Positions 47,310 to 58,997 of a stretch of DNA of 64,000 nucleotides are shown here, in pieces. Both the position numbers and the translations under genes were made by a program. Source of the DNA: Neophaeotheca triangularis (lineage: Eukaryota); contig BAAIJX010000003.1 in assembly GCA_054600435.1 (NCBI GenBank), positions 496,001 to 560,000 of the forward strand. The letters run 5' to 3'. The notes below the pieces were generated by a model. That model saw nothing but the letters and a program-made list of their open reading frames with translations. It searched no databases and had not been told where the DNA came from. Each line of letters begins with the position of its first letter. Within the stretch, counting starts at the first letter, position 1.

Positions 47310-48444
47310 TTACAGGCGCCTGGTCAGTCGTGGGAGTTTCCAAGGAAACTCTAGCCGCACCTTGTTCCGCAACTCGGCCGGTGGGCCGCCGGATTGCTGT
47401 CAACATTGCGCTCCAAGGTTTCGGTCATTGAGAAACACTTCCCACCGCCGGGGCACAAGGAGGACGTCAGCTTTTTCTTTTGCTTCAAACTTGTCCGTCT
47501 CTCTACTTGGGTGCTTCAGTGACTCTCTCTCTCTCTCCTCCGCAATTAACATGAGCTTCGAGAGTCTTGCGATTTTCCGAGAGAAAGCTTGTGATATGAA
47601 ATCTTCGAATGTCTTATCTCGATCGCCTTTGCGCGCCAGACATGTCAGAACACGGATGTATTTATTGCTCGAGGAACTTGATCCCAAGCACCGGAAGGCG
47701 CGAGCGTCGAATGACATTCCACCAGCCGCAAGGCAAAGGCGTGAACTCGAGTTTCTCCTCTGGCGACAACTCGTACTCGCCCGGAAATACCTTTCGTCCT
47801 TTAATGTATTTGGCATAGTGAGCCTTTAGATCAAAACCATCCGGATTCAGGTGGCGCCCAGTAATAAGCGCCTCGGCATTGACCTTCAGCTTCTTCACCT
47901 CCTTCTCCAGATGCTGCAAGTCGGCCTGGTGCTGTTGGCAAGGGCAGCTTTCGGTAATAGTACGACGCAGTCGGTCCACGTCCCGGTCGGCAATATCTAT
48001 ACCGTCCTATCGGCATTCTTCCCGGATATCTTCAACCTCCCATGACTTTGATCCTTTCTCGGAGTGGTCTTCTACACCGACTGCTAGATGACTATGAGAG
48101 AAGCTGCAGAAATTTGTCGTCTTCTGAAACTTTAGTTGATCAGGAAGCTTCGGTTTTGCCCAGGTGGGTTTCGAATACATTCCAGGCTTCTTCGGAAGCT
48201 CTTGCTTCGTCACCTGTACTATCCTGCCGGTGGAGTAGGGCAAAAGTCGAATGCGGGATTTCTCGGTTGGTGTCGACCTTTTCGGTTTCGAGGGTTGGTA
48301 TTTTGCTCGCATACCTGCTTGGGTTGAGAAACAGCTGGTAGCGTGTGTACGGAACAGGTCTTGGGACTGGCATCGTACAGCTGGCAAGAGATGCCCCGCC
48401 AAGTGTATCGGCGTGGTGAAGGGTTTGCGGCAAAGAAGTGCCAT
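47310..48444 (-). pseudogene. Probable decayed gene A with presequence-like N-terminus
   Basis: ORFs 48007-48444 and 47662-47979 are in the same frame, separated by one TAG; protein-like sequence continues after a frameshift in ORF 47400-47816. Confidence 0.45.
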
Positions 48445-49299
48445 CTTGAGATGCCTGACGTGACCCCGGTTTTCGAGGCGTTCGTCACTGATCTCTTCCC
48501 GAGGTACCAGCTGCGGTTTTCCCGTCGACTGTCATCAAATGCTCAGGGTTCAGGATCCGCGCGAGCATGGCGTGGGAAGAGAGGTGAGTATTGCGCCGAA
48601 GCATCAGGACAAGACAACTACGTGTGATGGCGAGCCTTGTGTTGCCGGGACATTCTTGCTTGCTGGTTAGAGACACCGGTTGGCTCTAGTTGCGAGAAAT
48701 TGTTAAAGATGAGGAAGCCATCCCAGGGGTACCGGTGAAGTCGGGCAGCAAAGCTTATATAGTCATAGCTCGCTAGGTACTGTGCTCCCGAAGTCACTTT
48801 CAACTACTTCTCTATCGCAACCGCAGACATGGGCGTCAATCGGTGACCTCAAAGAGTCGGTGACAACAAGAAGGAGTACATTATTGAAGAAATTATTAGC
48901 CTTACCACTTTTGATGATGACAACTATGTAAACTGGCTCATCGTGGTCTGGAGGCCTTGTTTGAATACATCATCTTCTCCTGCGTCGTTCGGGGATCCTC
49001 CTCAACTTCACGAGTAATGCAGACATTCGCTCTTTTCGTTGAACTTTCGGGGGAGGATGTTGACCAAAGCCGGTCTGGTTTGGACGAAGGACGTAGTGGG
49101 AGTGAGGTCCCACTGTCAAACGAGCAGACGCGGACCACGCAGTTCCAAAGCTTCTTTAAATTGGTCGCAGTTGCAACGCAGCGGCTAAAACGCGCCAAGT
49201 TGTGTGCTGCAGAAAGTGACAAGTTCCGATATAGATGGCGGTCGGTGGTGGAATTGCCACGCCAGCGGCCAGCCGAAGCGAGCCGCGTTACCAACAAGC

Positions 49300-50241
49300 T
49301 GTGTTTTTGGCAAATGCGACACGCCGGTCAATCAAGGAAGCCACAGGCAACAGAGAAATTGAGATATCATTTTTCGTTGGCCGTGAAAGGTTGGACTGTA
49401 GGAAGTGTTGCCTATCATTCCATCCTTCTCGGACCAATTCAGCTGGGCTTGAACGCGAAGGCGGACGACAGTACCAGCCGGTCATGCCTCATGGAGGTAC
49501 TATCGAACCTCAGACGGCGATCCGACGAGCTCCAGTCACCTTCTTCTGGCTTCCCGAATGAGTACTTGTAATCTTTTGTCGATTTTGACCCACTCCCGAT
49601 GCACATGTTCGATATCCCTCATTTTCCTCTGGTCATCCCGAGTCTCGGTGGTGCCACGTAGTTTCAACATCGTATACTCCACGGAGTCATTCATCCAAGA
49701 CACGAATCAAGTCTTGGTGCTAGAATTATCCTGCTCAGTCTCTCTCATCAGCAATTGGTTGCTCCATGTCGAGAACCTTGGACCTTATGCGGATTCCCAA
49801 GTCCGCCACCTTCATTTCAAAAGCGTGAAAATCGCGAAAACCGTCCCACCAGGTGTAATAGCTTGGTACCGGTCTGAGAGTAGAATGATCAATCGAGCCA
49901 TCTGACATATGACCTGCTTTCTTTCCGTGATCGAAGCCGCCTGTCCTCGGCACATGCTCGTTCTGCAAAGCTTCCCACCATCTCCGAATATAAGGCAACG
50001 GTTGGGAGCCAGGCGGTTCTACTTTTGCTGCGTTCGGTACAGCTGTTTTTTTCCGAGTTCGATCGAGAGCGAGTTTCTTGCCCTTCGCATTACTCCCGTT
50101 GCCCAGCAAGGCTTTATGGGTTGAGAAGTTGATTGCTGTTGGGTGGAAGCAAGCCCGGGATTTCCAGGTCGGTGGGAGACGTTCGGTCGATCGAATTGCT
50201 CTACCATTGGGACCACCGCAACGTGAACGCAGTGGTAGCAT
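49300..50241 (-). pseudogene. Probable decayed gene B, possible paralogue of A
   Basis: ORF 49735-50241 ends at a (GA)n tract; a shifted frame continues MNDSVEYTMLK...KIDKRLQVLIREARRR* with further stops. Confidence 0.4.
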
Positions 50242-50670
50242 GTCGGGATTGGAAGAAAGAGCGGTCCGTGAGCGTCGAAGTTGAAGGTCGCGACGCTATG
50301 ACTGAACGTCAACGATGGCGCGAAATCACATTGTGGAGCGGGTGTGCTGTGAGGCAATGTTTGAGGGGTAGAAGAAGACAAAATTCGACAACGACAGGAG
50401 GGCAGTTGAGCGCGTCATACTTAGACAACATGTTCGCGACTCCGAGTGGTTGCCAAGGGCGCTTACCAGTACTCAAACCTCGGTTCGAACAAACCTGCAC
50501 GCAGTCCGACAATGCCTAAAGCTTCCCAGTTGTCGTCGTGAGATGACCTAGAAAGAAAGCCCCGAAAAGATGTCTGAGCTGTGAGCCTGTGCCTCCGGCG
50601 GTATTGTGGTTTTCTCACAACTTCGATTTGAGATGAGAATTCGAGCTTCAGCCCTTATAGCTCAAGCACC

Positions 50671-52433
50671 TCACGTCTCAACCATTCCCCTACCACTCCA
50701 TTCCACCTCATTCGACAAATCCCGGTGGATGCTGTAGTCCCCTTTGAGAGCTGCAGCCACGCCCTCAGCCCACCTCAACCCAAGTTCTCTTGCAATGTAC
50801 TCCAGCCTTCCAATAACCCAAGCTGCCTGTGCAACAGCAGCGGAGCTTGAGTACTCCTTCTCGCCCACAACGCGAGACGCGGCTACTTCTGACCACCGCT
50901 TTCCCACACGCTCCAGCGCGCACGTACCCGCGAAGAAAAGCGGCCAGATGGAACCGTAGGCGTTGACTAAGACGCATTGCGCACTAGCCGGGTTTGCATG
51001 GCCAAGAGCCACGGGAATTGTCGCGCAGATGTCGTCGGCCATTTGACGCCTCACTGAGCGGGTGTAGGTCTCTTGCACTTGTCGGTCCGCAGTTGAGAGA
51101 TAACTGCTTTGCGAGAGCTCCTCTTGAGTCCGAGATAGCAAGATCCGCGTGGTACGCCAACTGTTCCATGCGCCGGGTATCGGAGTGTCTTCATCCTCGA
51201 AAGCGTGTACTGTGCCGTTCCAGAAGTGCGGTGAGTCTGTAACCTGGGCTTCCCGGAATTGCCACATTCTGCCTACCGAGGGTGTGTCGTTGCCCCAGCA
51301 TATCATACTGCGTTCGAGACCGGCGGCTGTGTCGATTGCAGCTGTAGTACTGATGGTGCTCAGACGCATTCTGGAGCGTAGCAAGGCGAAGTCCATACAA
51401 TGATCAGCTAGTGTATCTCCTGGTTGCACGTAGCTCTGATAGGGGGTCTTCGCTGCTAAGTCCTCGTTCCAGTCCCGGAGGAAGGAGGCCGGTTCGAGGT
51501 CATCCCAGATGCAGTACGTAAGAATTTCAGACCTGAATTGACGAAACAGAGCTCTTCCAACTTCAGTGTCCAGCTGCTTCTTGCCTCTCATCCGTAATAT
51601 CTGCGTTGCTCCGTTAATGTGTGCCTTCCAAGATTCTATCGACTGCCGGCTATCGCAGGTCAGGTTCTATCCAAGCAATTAGTTGGCGATATACGCAGAA
51701 CAATGTAGCAACAAACCTCGTAGTAGCTTAGAATTGCGACTGCTATCAAACTCTGGTCCCTCTTCACTGCGACCGGATCACGCAGTGCGGCATTCAACAT
51801 GCTCAAGGCTTCTGCGTATATTTGTCTCGACCGATACCTGCCATTTGAAATTGGCCGTACATTGTCAAGAGCGGCCATACCACAAGCACGAATTGCGAGA
51901 TCCAGACAGGAGTGTCTGTTCAGTTCAGAGACATCTCCAAGGAAGCCCCATTGCCTTCCGGACGTGAAATGATTGAAGAAGTACCCGGTGGCTATGTCAT
52001 TGCATTGAGGCAGCAGGCTCAACGGTAGCGAATTACTCGAGGAGCCCGGTTGGAACACCATATCCCCAATGTTGCGTCGTCGGTGAGGGAGGAGGCTGGG
52101 CAACATCATCTCAGACTTGGCGTTATCATCTGGTCCATTAAGGCGCACGCTGGATTCTCCGGCGGGCGAAGGCCCAGATATCGTGGCAGTGGATGAATCG
52201 GAACCTTGCCGATAGGGGTCATGGTCTTCGTCGTATCGCTGTGCTGCCTGCTTTGCCTTCCTAATGATGGCCTGACTCTCGTCTTGGAACTGCATAGCGA
52301 TAACATCTCGATAGCCTCCGCATTGCTTCTTCAACTTAACGCAGCGAGCGCAAGCTGGTCTTTCGAGTGTGCAGCTTTTCTTTGCTTTGCGGCATTGCTC
52401 GCAACCCGCTGAAGGTTTCCCACGGTAGACCAT
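50671..52433 (-). CDS. Zn(II)2Cys6 transcription factor (Fungal_trans_2-type), 570 aa, 2 exons (52433-51717, 51666-50671)
   Basis: MVYRGKPSAGCEQCRKAKKSCTLERPACARCVKLKKQC; intron 51667-51716 (GTTTGT...CTAAT...TAG) gives LSYYE/NLTC...WKAHINGA...RG; later WNSWRTTRI, ICATIP, IWPL. Confidence 0.93.
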
Positions 52434-52980
52434 TGGTAGTTGGCAGGAAGCGTGCTCGACTTTTCAAGTGTCGAGGGTTGGTACAAGAAAGAGCTTATTA
52501 CCAGGTGGCAAAGCAAACGCATATGTAGAAAGCTCCAAAGAGGAACATACGCGCGAGCACTCAGCCTGGAGGAAGACCAGAAGTATGCAAGCGAGGTAAG
52601 CTGACCGGATGATAGCCCAGGGCCGCGTTGAGGCAGCTATTTTCAGCGACGACATACCTTGGCGGAAGGAATGAGTACATGCAGTTGTATAGCATGTGTA
52701 GCACCAGTAGCCATGGCTTAATACGTGGACTGAAGACTCATTGATGAGATGTCGCGAGTCCTCCAAAAGCGCCAAGACCCTACCTTCCAAGGTTGACCTT
52801 GCCAGTCGGCTTTTCATCGGCCCACCTCCACCGACTCTTGCCAAGAGGTGTGGTCGGCCCACGGGTAATCCCGCTTTGTGTGAAATCCACACTTTGAATT
52901 CGAATTCACGCCGACGAAGACTTTGGAGGAACCACGTCTGGACGACAACAACACTTCGACACCCGCCAAACGTCGACAAG

Positions 52981-53106
52981 GTACGTTGCTGGAATCTGTG
53001 AATGGAGACAGACGCATACCATAACCTTGCGAAAAACACAGCGACCTAGACCGCCTGGAGATTTCGCAGCTTTCAATTGACACTGGCTGACATTTTCATC
53101 CATCAG
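52981..53106 (+). other. 5'-UTR intron of RPL15 ending immediately before the ATG
   Basis: AAG|GTACGT donor at 52981, GCTGAC branch near 53086, CATCAG|ATG acceptor. Confidence 0.75.
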
Positions 53107-53893
53107 ATGGGAGCCCACAAATACCTCGAAGAGCTCCAAAAGAAGAAGCAGAGCGATGTGCTCCGCTTCCTTCTGCGTGTCCGTTGCTGGGAGGTACGAC
53201 TATCTATTCCATGAGCGGCGCAAATGCGGTCTTGGTTCACACCGAGCACCTGCAGAGCTGTGCCTCGAGCGTACTCGTTGAACATTTGCTGAGAGTACAT
53301 CGATTTAGCTCCGCCAGTTGAACGTTATCCACCGCGCCTCGCGCCCTTCGCGCCCCGACAAGGCCCGCCGCCTGGGATACAAAGCCAAGCAGGGCTATGT
53401 CATCTACCGCGCCCGTGTCCGCCGCGGTGGCAGGAAGAGGCCTGCTCCCAAGGGTGCCACCTACGGTAAGAGAAGAAATGGGAATTGAAAAAAGGAGTAT
53501 AGATTCTGATTGCATTACATTGCAGGCAAGCCCACCAACCAGGGTATCAACCAGCTCAAGTACCAGCGTTCCTTGAAGTCCACCGCTGAGGAGCGTGTCG
53601 GCCGCCGCTGCGCCAACCTGCGCGTCCTCAACTCGTACTGGATCAACCAGGACAGCACCTACAAGTACTATGAGGTCATCCTCGTCGACCCGCAGCACAA
53701 GGCCATCCGCCGCGACCCCCGCATCAGCTGGATTGTCAACCCCGTGCACAAGCACCGCGAGAGCCGCGGCATGACCGCCACCGGCAAGAAGAGCAGGGGT
53801 CTCGGCCGTGGCCACAAGTTCAACAACACTTCGGCCGGCAGGAGGAAGACCTGGAAGAGGCAGAACACCCTCTCCCTCTGGCGCTACAGGTAG
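53107..53893 (+). CDS. RPL15: 60S ribosomal protein eL15, 203 aa, 3 coding exons (53107-53193, 53309-53465, 53526-53893)
   Basis: [58 protein letters not shown]...[25 protein letters not shown]. Confidence 0.99.
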
Positions 53894-55040
53894 ACGCGAT
53901 GAGCGTGGGCATCGGCATGAGTGAGTCGAGCTTCTCCAGCTACCTGTTATGCAAAGACTGCTCTGCGGGCTTTCATATGAGATGGCGCAAAGGCGAGGGT
54001 TTAGTCTACTCTCATGTCTTTCGCAAGAAGCGTTCAGCAGCGTTATCAAGCCAATCAATGACTCGATATCAAAAATACCCATTTCACTTTACTCGTAAAT
54101 CTGGCGCACAATCTCATAAACAAGCGACACATTATAACATTCGGTTGCGTTCTCGAGCGTCCTGCCAGAAGGGCCGTCCAATGCATCCTCGTCCTGCAAA
54201 CGCCCTCTCTTCTGTAGCTTTGTATAGAAACGCCTTACGAGATGTAAAAGTAAAACCGAGCCCAAGCATTCGTGATCGGTTAGCGTTGCCGGCGATCACG
54301 GCCCAGATTGTGGCTTGCGGCGACGTTCCCGCTCGAGGGACCCCTCGACACGCCTCGTATCCCAAGACCAAGGGGACCCTCACCCGTTCTTATGAGCGAA
54401 CGAGCGAGCGAGCGAAAGAGAACCTTGAGGTAACTCATGTCCCTTTTGTCACACCATGTCGGCCACTGCCACTACTACCTCAACGGCACTCTCTGTGGAT
54501 CATTATGGTAATGTGAAGAATAACAATACAGACCCATCACTGAACAAACACTGGCTTGGCGTGCGCGACCATCCGACTTGAAGGAGCTTGACCTCGACAA
54601 ACTACCTAGGTACCTGGGTATGTAAGGTACCTACCTCACGTTACTACTGACAAGTTATTGAACAATCGAGGAAGTGACCGCCATTGTTTCCCCTCGGTGC
54701 CGCTTTTACTCTCTGACCTAGCTTACGACTTCCTCGAGGCAGCACAATTGTACAGGTGCTCTGGTAGTACACTCCATCCTCCACACTATCTCTCCCTGCA
54801 CGCCATCTCCATCTGCTGTACCTCTGGAGCGTTCGACAGTTGTAGTGATTGCTCCCAGCTACGCGCGTTTGCCAACCTTGCAACAAGGCTTAAGATACTT
54901 TCCCCTGCTTGGCCTCTATCCTCACTATCAGGCACCGGGTAGCGACACCATAACAGAGTCAGCGTCAAACATTGTACCTCGCACTCTCCACGACTACAGC
55001 TCTTCGCCACCTTCGCCCATGATCCAAGACGATAGCCACG

Positions 55041-58000
55041 ATGCCACCCTCATGGCCTAACCGCCTGCTATCGAGCACAAACTCCTCCTCCGCCTCCTCC
55101 AACACACCCAGCCGTCCTTCCGCAAACGATCGCTCCTCTTCCGCCCGCGACAAACATCTTCCCCGTCCACCTGTTGCCAATACCGGCGCCCAGAGCTATA
55201 ACTCATCGACCCGCGAAGGCCTCGAGCGTATCCCCCCAACCCTGAACCCTAATCGAGTACATTCCGACCAGAGACATCCGTCTCCCCTCCGTCCGCCCGC
55301 CTCAGGCTCGAGACAGTCGGGTCAGCACTCACACGGGCGCTCTGTCAGCCATCCGCTACCTCGGCTTTTCGGGCGAAAGAAGAGCACGGGGAATTTGAAG
55401 GGGTATGCGGATACCGATGTCCCTCTGGATGATAGTTTGGTGCCTGTGCTTGACGACCCCGATGATGGACAAGGGCAGGGCCCGACGCCTACAAGGGTCG
55501 TGAGTGGAAAGAAAAATGCAGGTGCCAGTAAAGGGGAGGATGATGGGGACAGAGCGCAAAGACAGTGCATGTGTTGCGACAACAAGGTCAGGGTGCCCAG
55601 GGAGCTGGAGAGGTATAGATGTATGGCCTGTTTGACGATTAATGATTTGCGGACTGTCGGGAAGGAGAAGGTGGGAGAGCAGGGTGCAACGGATGCAAAT
55701 AGGCTTGGGCCTGGTGGAATGGGCGCTTCAAGACAGGTCTCTGTTGAGAGAACGAGAGCAATCATCGACCGATGCCTGATGGCTTATTTGGAAGCGAGGT
55801 GTAGGAGGCAAGGTGATCATCATGCGGCATCAAAGAGCACTGGGACGCCCATCAAGATTGCTCGGACACCGGACGAAGAGCTCAGCGAGGGCATGGGTGG
55901 TTTGGGTCTCCAGCCCAGTGCGCGAACTGGCCAGAGTGGTGCCCAGAACGATGCGCATGTAGCTTCATCGCCGCCAGATACTTACAATGAGCTTACGCTC
56001 ACCGCCAGTGCAACCATCCGAGACTTCTCGGATTTTGACATGTTTGCTTTTCAACGTACAGAAACACCCCCACCTGGAACAAGTGCTGAGACGCCCGGAC
56101 TTTTGTCGACTGGACTGGCGCGTAAGCCGTTGCCTCCTAAACCCGGCAGGAAACCCCCACCTCCGCCTGTTGATGCTTCTCTACGACCTACTTCGCAGAG
56201 AATCCCTGCAGAGGGAGAAAAATCCCCTCATTACCAGCAACACAGTCCTCGAATGACGCCCGAGGAGATCGAACGGCGGAAACGCTACGACCGGGTAAAG
56301 ACTATTTTCCGGCCCCTAGAAGACTACATGATCGATACCTACGGCGACTATCAATGCTTAAATGGCTCTTTTAGCACTGTCAGACCACTGCTCCCGGGTA
56401 GAGCGAAGAGCGAGAGCAACATTCGTACCCCTCCGCCTGAGCCCATTATTACATCATCTACAAAGGAAGAAACTCCAATGGATGGATTATCCGAATTAGA
56501 CGCAAAAACATTACTGCTCGGAGACATTGGCGAAAATGGTTCGTGGTGGGCCGGTCGGCTCGATAAGAACACTGCTGCTGCCGACAAATCCACACGCCGC
56601 AAGAAGGTCGGAGAGGGCTCGAGCAGGCCTGTGTCCTCGAAAACGCCGAACATTAACTGGACCGAGCTTTCGAGGTGGTACGATCTCGTCCAGTCGGCCG
56701 GCGAGGATTGGCGAGAGAAAGCTACGCTGGTCACTTGTGAAGCTCCTGGGTCATCTAGGGTGCATCTCGAGGGCCCCACCAATGAACAAGAGATTGAGGA
56801 GGATCTCGCAGAAGCACGTTCACATGCCTCTCGCGCGCTGCTCAAGATTTCAGAGAATGTGCTGAAGCGTCCTACGAGGCCGCTGAGAGAGGCCGCAGAT
56901 CTACGATTCTCACTCATCATTCTTTCAAATCCGGCATTGTATCCGTCCTGGCATCAATCAGAGCGTACGTCTGCCAGAACCCCGAATGGCCTTCAGCGAG
57001 CGTCCTCCGACAAGCGTGATGGTGCTGACGGGGCTTCTGCTTCCCCTACGAAGTCGCCTCGCCGCGAAAGCAGTGCGCATCATGGGATTCTGAAAAGGAT
57101 ATTCGGACTGCTTGCAAACTCGCCGGACTCCTGTCATCGATATCTCATCGGTTGGTTTTCGCGCTTTGACGAACACCATTTTGTGCGGACCGTCGACCTA
57201 GTGGCGAGTTTCGTCACCAACCGGCTTGCCCGGCGCAGCTCCCGGCCTCACAGCAAGAGTACCGCCGCAGATGGTGGTCTCATACCCGATCTATCCGGGT
57301 CTGCCATGAACACTTCAGCTCAGCTACACGCGGCTATGGGCCTGAGCGGCTCAATCAAAAACCCTCGCGGCGCCGAAGGTGATCAGCAGACCGACTACGC
57401 TGACGACTGGCAGATCAAGGTAGCTGCCAAGTTAATGTCTTTGCTGTTTGCGGCCAATAATAGCTGGCAGGGCGCGAAGAAAGATGGCAGCGAGCTGCCC
57501 GGTCCCGTCGGTAGTGGTATTGTTGGCCCTGCTGGCGTTCCCTCGCTAGACAAGACTCGGATTCGCGGTCAGTTGCTGCATACTTCTGCTTTCTACAATA
57601 CGCTGCTAGACTACCACGACCTCATCGCGGACTTCAAGTTGTGGGAGTCGAAGCGAGAGAAGTTTGCCTTTTGCCAGTACCCGCTATTCCTATCTATGGG
57701 CTCGAAGATCAAGATTCTGGAGTTCGACGCTAGAAGGCAGATGGAAATCAAAGCCCGCGAGGCGTACTTTGATCAAGTCATTCGTCAGCGAGCCATTGAT
57801 GGGTACTTTCACCTGCGCATACGTCGGGACTGCTTGGTCGACGACAGTCTACGGCAGATTAGCCAAGCCAGCGGTGCCGGGCAGGAAGAGCTCAAGAAAG
57901 GCTTACGTGTACACTTCACAGGCGAAGAGGGCGTCGATGCAGGCGGTCCTCGAAAAGAATGGTTCCTCATGCTTGTCCGCGACATCTTTGACCCCAATCA

Positions 58001-58997
58001 CGGTTTATTTGTCTACGACGAGGACTCCCATACCTGCTATTTCAACCCCTACACGTTTGAAGCCTCGGAACAGTACTATCTCGTCGGCGCTCTGCTCGGT
58101 CTTGCTATCTACAACTCTACCATCCTCGACATCGCCCTCCCGCCCTTCGCCTTCCGCAAACTCCTCGCCTCAGCCCCGTCCACCTCTATCTCCTCCAGCG
58201 CCACCTCCAACCTCGCCTCCCTAACCGGCACCAAAGGCCAAATGACCTACACCCTCTCCGACCTAGCCGAATTCCGCCCCCAACTCGCCGCCGGCCTGCA
58301 ACAGCTGCTCGACTTTGAAGGCGACGTAGCGGAAACCTACTGCCGTGACTTCGTCGCCCCCATCGAACGCTACGACACCACGACCACCATCCCACTCATT
58401 CCCAATGGCGAAAACACCCCCGTCACCAACACCAACCGCCACGAATTTGTCGAAGCCTACGTGCGCTACCTACTCGACACAGCAGTGATCCGGCAATTCG
58501 AGCCCTTCAAACGCGGCTTCTTCACCGTCTGCGCCGGCAACGCCCTCAGCCTCTTCCGCGCCGAGGAGATTGAACTCCTCGTCCGCGGCTCCGACGAGAG
58601 CCTCGACGTCGACAGCTTGCGCGCCGTCGCCGTCTACGAGAATTGGCGCCAGCCTTCGCCGCCCCACCAGTCTATCTCTCGACCCGCAGAAACTGTCCCC
58701 GTTATTGGCTGGTTCTGGGACGCTTTTGCTTCGGCTTCCCCCAAACGGCAGAGGCAGCTGCTTACTTTTCTCACAGGCTCGGATCGCATTCCGGCCGTGG
58801 GCGCTACCAGTTTGGTTTTGAGGGTCGTGGCTGGGGGTGATGGGGCCGGTGGTGGCGGTAAAGCCGAGCAGGCGCGTTTTCCCGTGGCTAGGACGTGTTT
58901 TAATATGTTGGTGCTTTGGCGGTATCAGACGAGGGAAGTGTTGGAGGAGAAGCTGTGGAGGGCTGTTGAAGAGAGTGAGGGGTTTGGACTTAAATGA
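55041..58997 (+). CDS. HUL4: HECT-domain E3 ubiquitin ligase, Hul4-like, 1318 aa
   Basis: CMCC...RCMACLTIND N-terminal Cys motif; FCQYPLFLSMGSK; HECT motifs GEEGVDAGGPRKEWF, GLAIYN, FLTGSDRIP, catalytic ARTCFN, GFGLK*. Confidence 0.93.
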   Translation: MPPSWPNRLLSSTNSSSASSNTPSRPSANDRSSSARDKHLPRPPVANTGAQSYNSSTREGLERIPPTLNPNRVHSDQRHPSPLRPPASGSRQSGQHSHGRSVSHPLPRLFGRKKSTGNLKGYADTDVPLDDSLVPVLDDPDDGQGQGPTPTRVVSGKKNAGASKGEDDGDRAQRQCMCCDNKVRVPRELERYRCMACLTINDLRTVGKEKVGEQGATDANRLGPGGMGASRQVSVERTRAIIDRCLMAYLEARCRRQGDHHAASKSTGTPIKIARTPDEELSEGMGGLGLQPSARTGQSGAQNDAHVASSPPDTYNELTLTASATIRDFSDFDMFAFQRTETPPPGTSAETPGLLSTGLARKPLPPKPGRKPPPPPVDASLRPTSQRIPAEGEKSPHYQQHSPRMTPEEIERRKRYDRVKTIFRPLEDYMIDTYGDYQCLNGSFSTVRPLLPGRAKSESNIRTPPPEPIITSSTKEETPMDGLSELDAKTLLLGDIGENGSWWAGRLDKNTAAADKSTRRKKVGEGSSRPVSSKTPNINWTELSRWYDLVQSAGEDWREKATLVTCEAPGSSRVHLEGPTNEQEIEEDLAEARSHASRALLKISENVLKRPTRPLREAADLRFSLIILSNPALYPSWHQSERTSARTPNGLQRASSDKRDGADGASASPTKSPRRESSAHHGILKRIFGLLANSPDSCHRYLIGWFSRFDEHHFVRTVDLVASFVTNRLARRSSRPHSKSTAADGGLIPDLSGSAMNTSAQLHAAMGLSGSIKNPRGAEGDQQTDYADDWQIKVAAKLMSLLFAANNSWQGAKKDGSELPGPVGSGIVGPAGVPSLDKTRIRGQLLHTSAFYNTLLDYHDLIADFKLWESKREKFAFCQYPLFLSMGSKIKILEFDARRQMEIKAREAYFDQVIRQRAIDGYFHLRIRRDCLVDDSLRQISQASGAGQEELKKGLRVHFTGEEGVDAGGPRKEWFLMLVRDIFDPNHGLFVYDEDSHTCYFNPYTFEASEQYYLVGALLGLAIYNSTILDIALPPFAFRKLLASAPSTSISSSATSNLASLTGTKGQMTYTLSDLAEFRPQLAAGLQQLLDFEGDVAETYCRDFVAPIERYDTTTTIPLIPNGENTPVTNTNRHEFVEAYVRYLLDTAVIRQFEPFKRGFFTVCAGNALSLFRAEEIELLVRGSDESLDVDSLRAVAVYENWRQPSPPHQSISRPAETVPVIGWFWDAFASASPKRQRQLLTFLTGSDRIPAVGATSLVLRVVAGGDGAGGGGKAEQARFPVARTCFNMLVLWRYQTREVLEEKLWRAVEESEGFGLK

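Noticed and set aside
48957..49571. 204-aa + strand ORF and neighbouring short ORFs as genes or transposase
   Set aside because: Non-ATG start, no DDE/RT motifs or terminal repeats; better explained as the antisense of the decayed minus-strand unit.
40323..52433. Secondary-metabolite cluster around the P450 and Zn2Cys6 gene
   Set aside because: No PKS, NRPS, terpene synthase, DMATS or repetitive RiPP precursor; neighbours are housekeeping genes.
53220..53289. tRNA gene in the RPL15 intron
   Set aside because: Cloverleaf-like, but with no TTCRA T-loop and no 7-nt anticodon loop; kept only as a structured intron finding.
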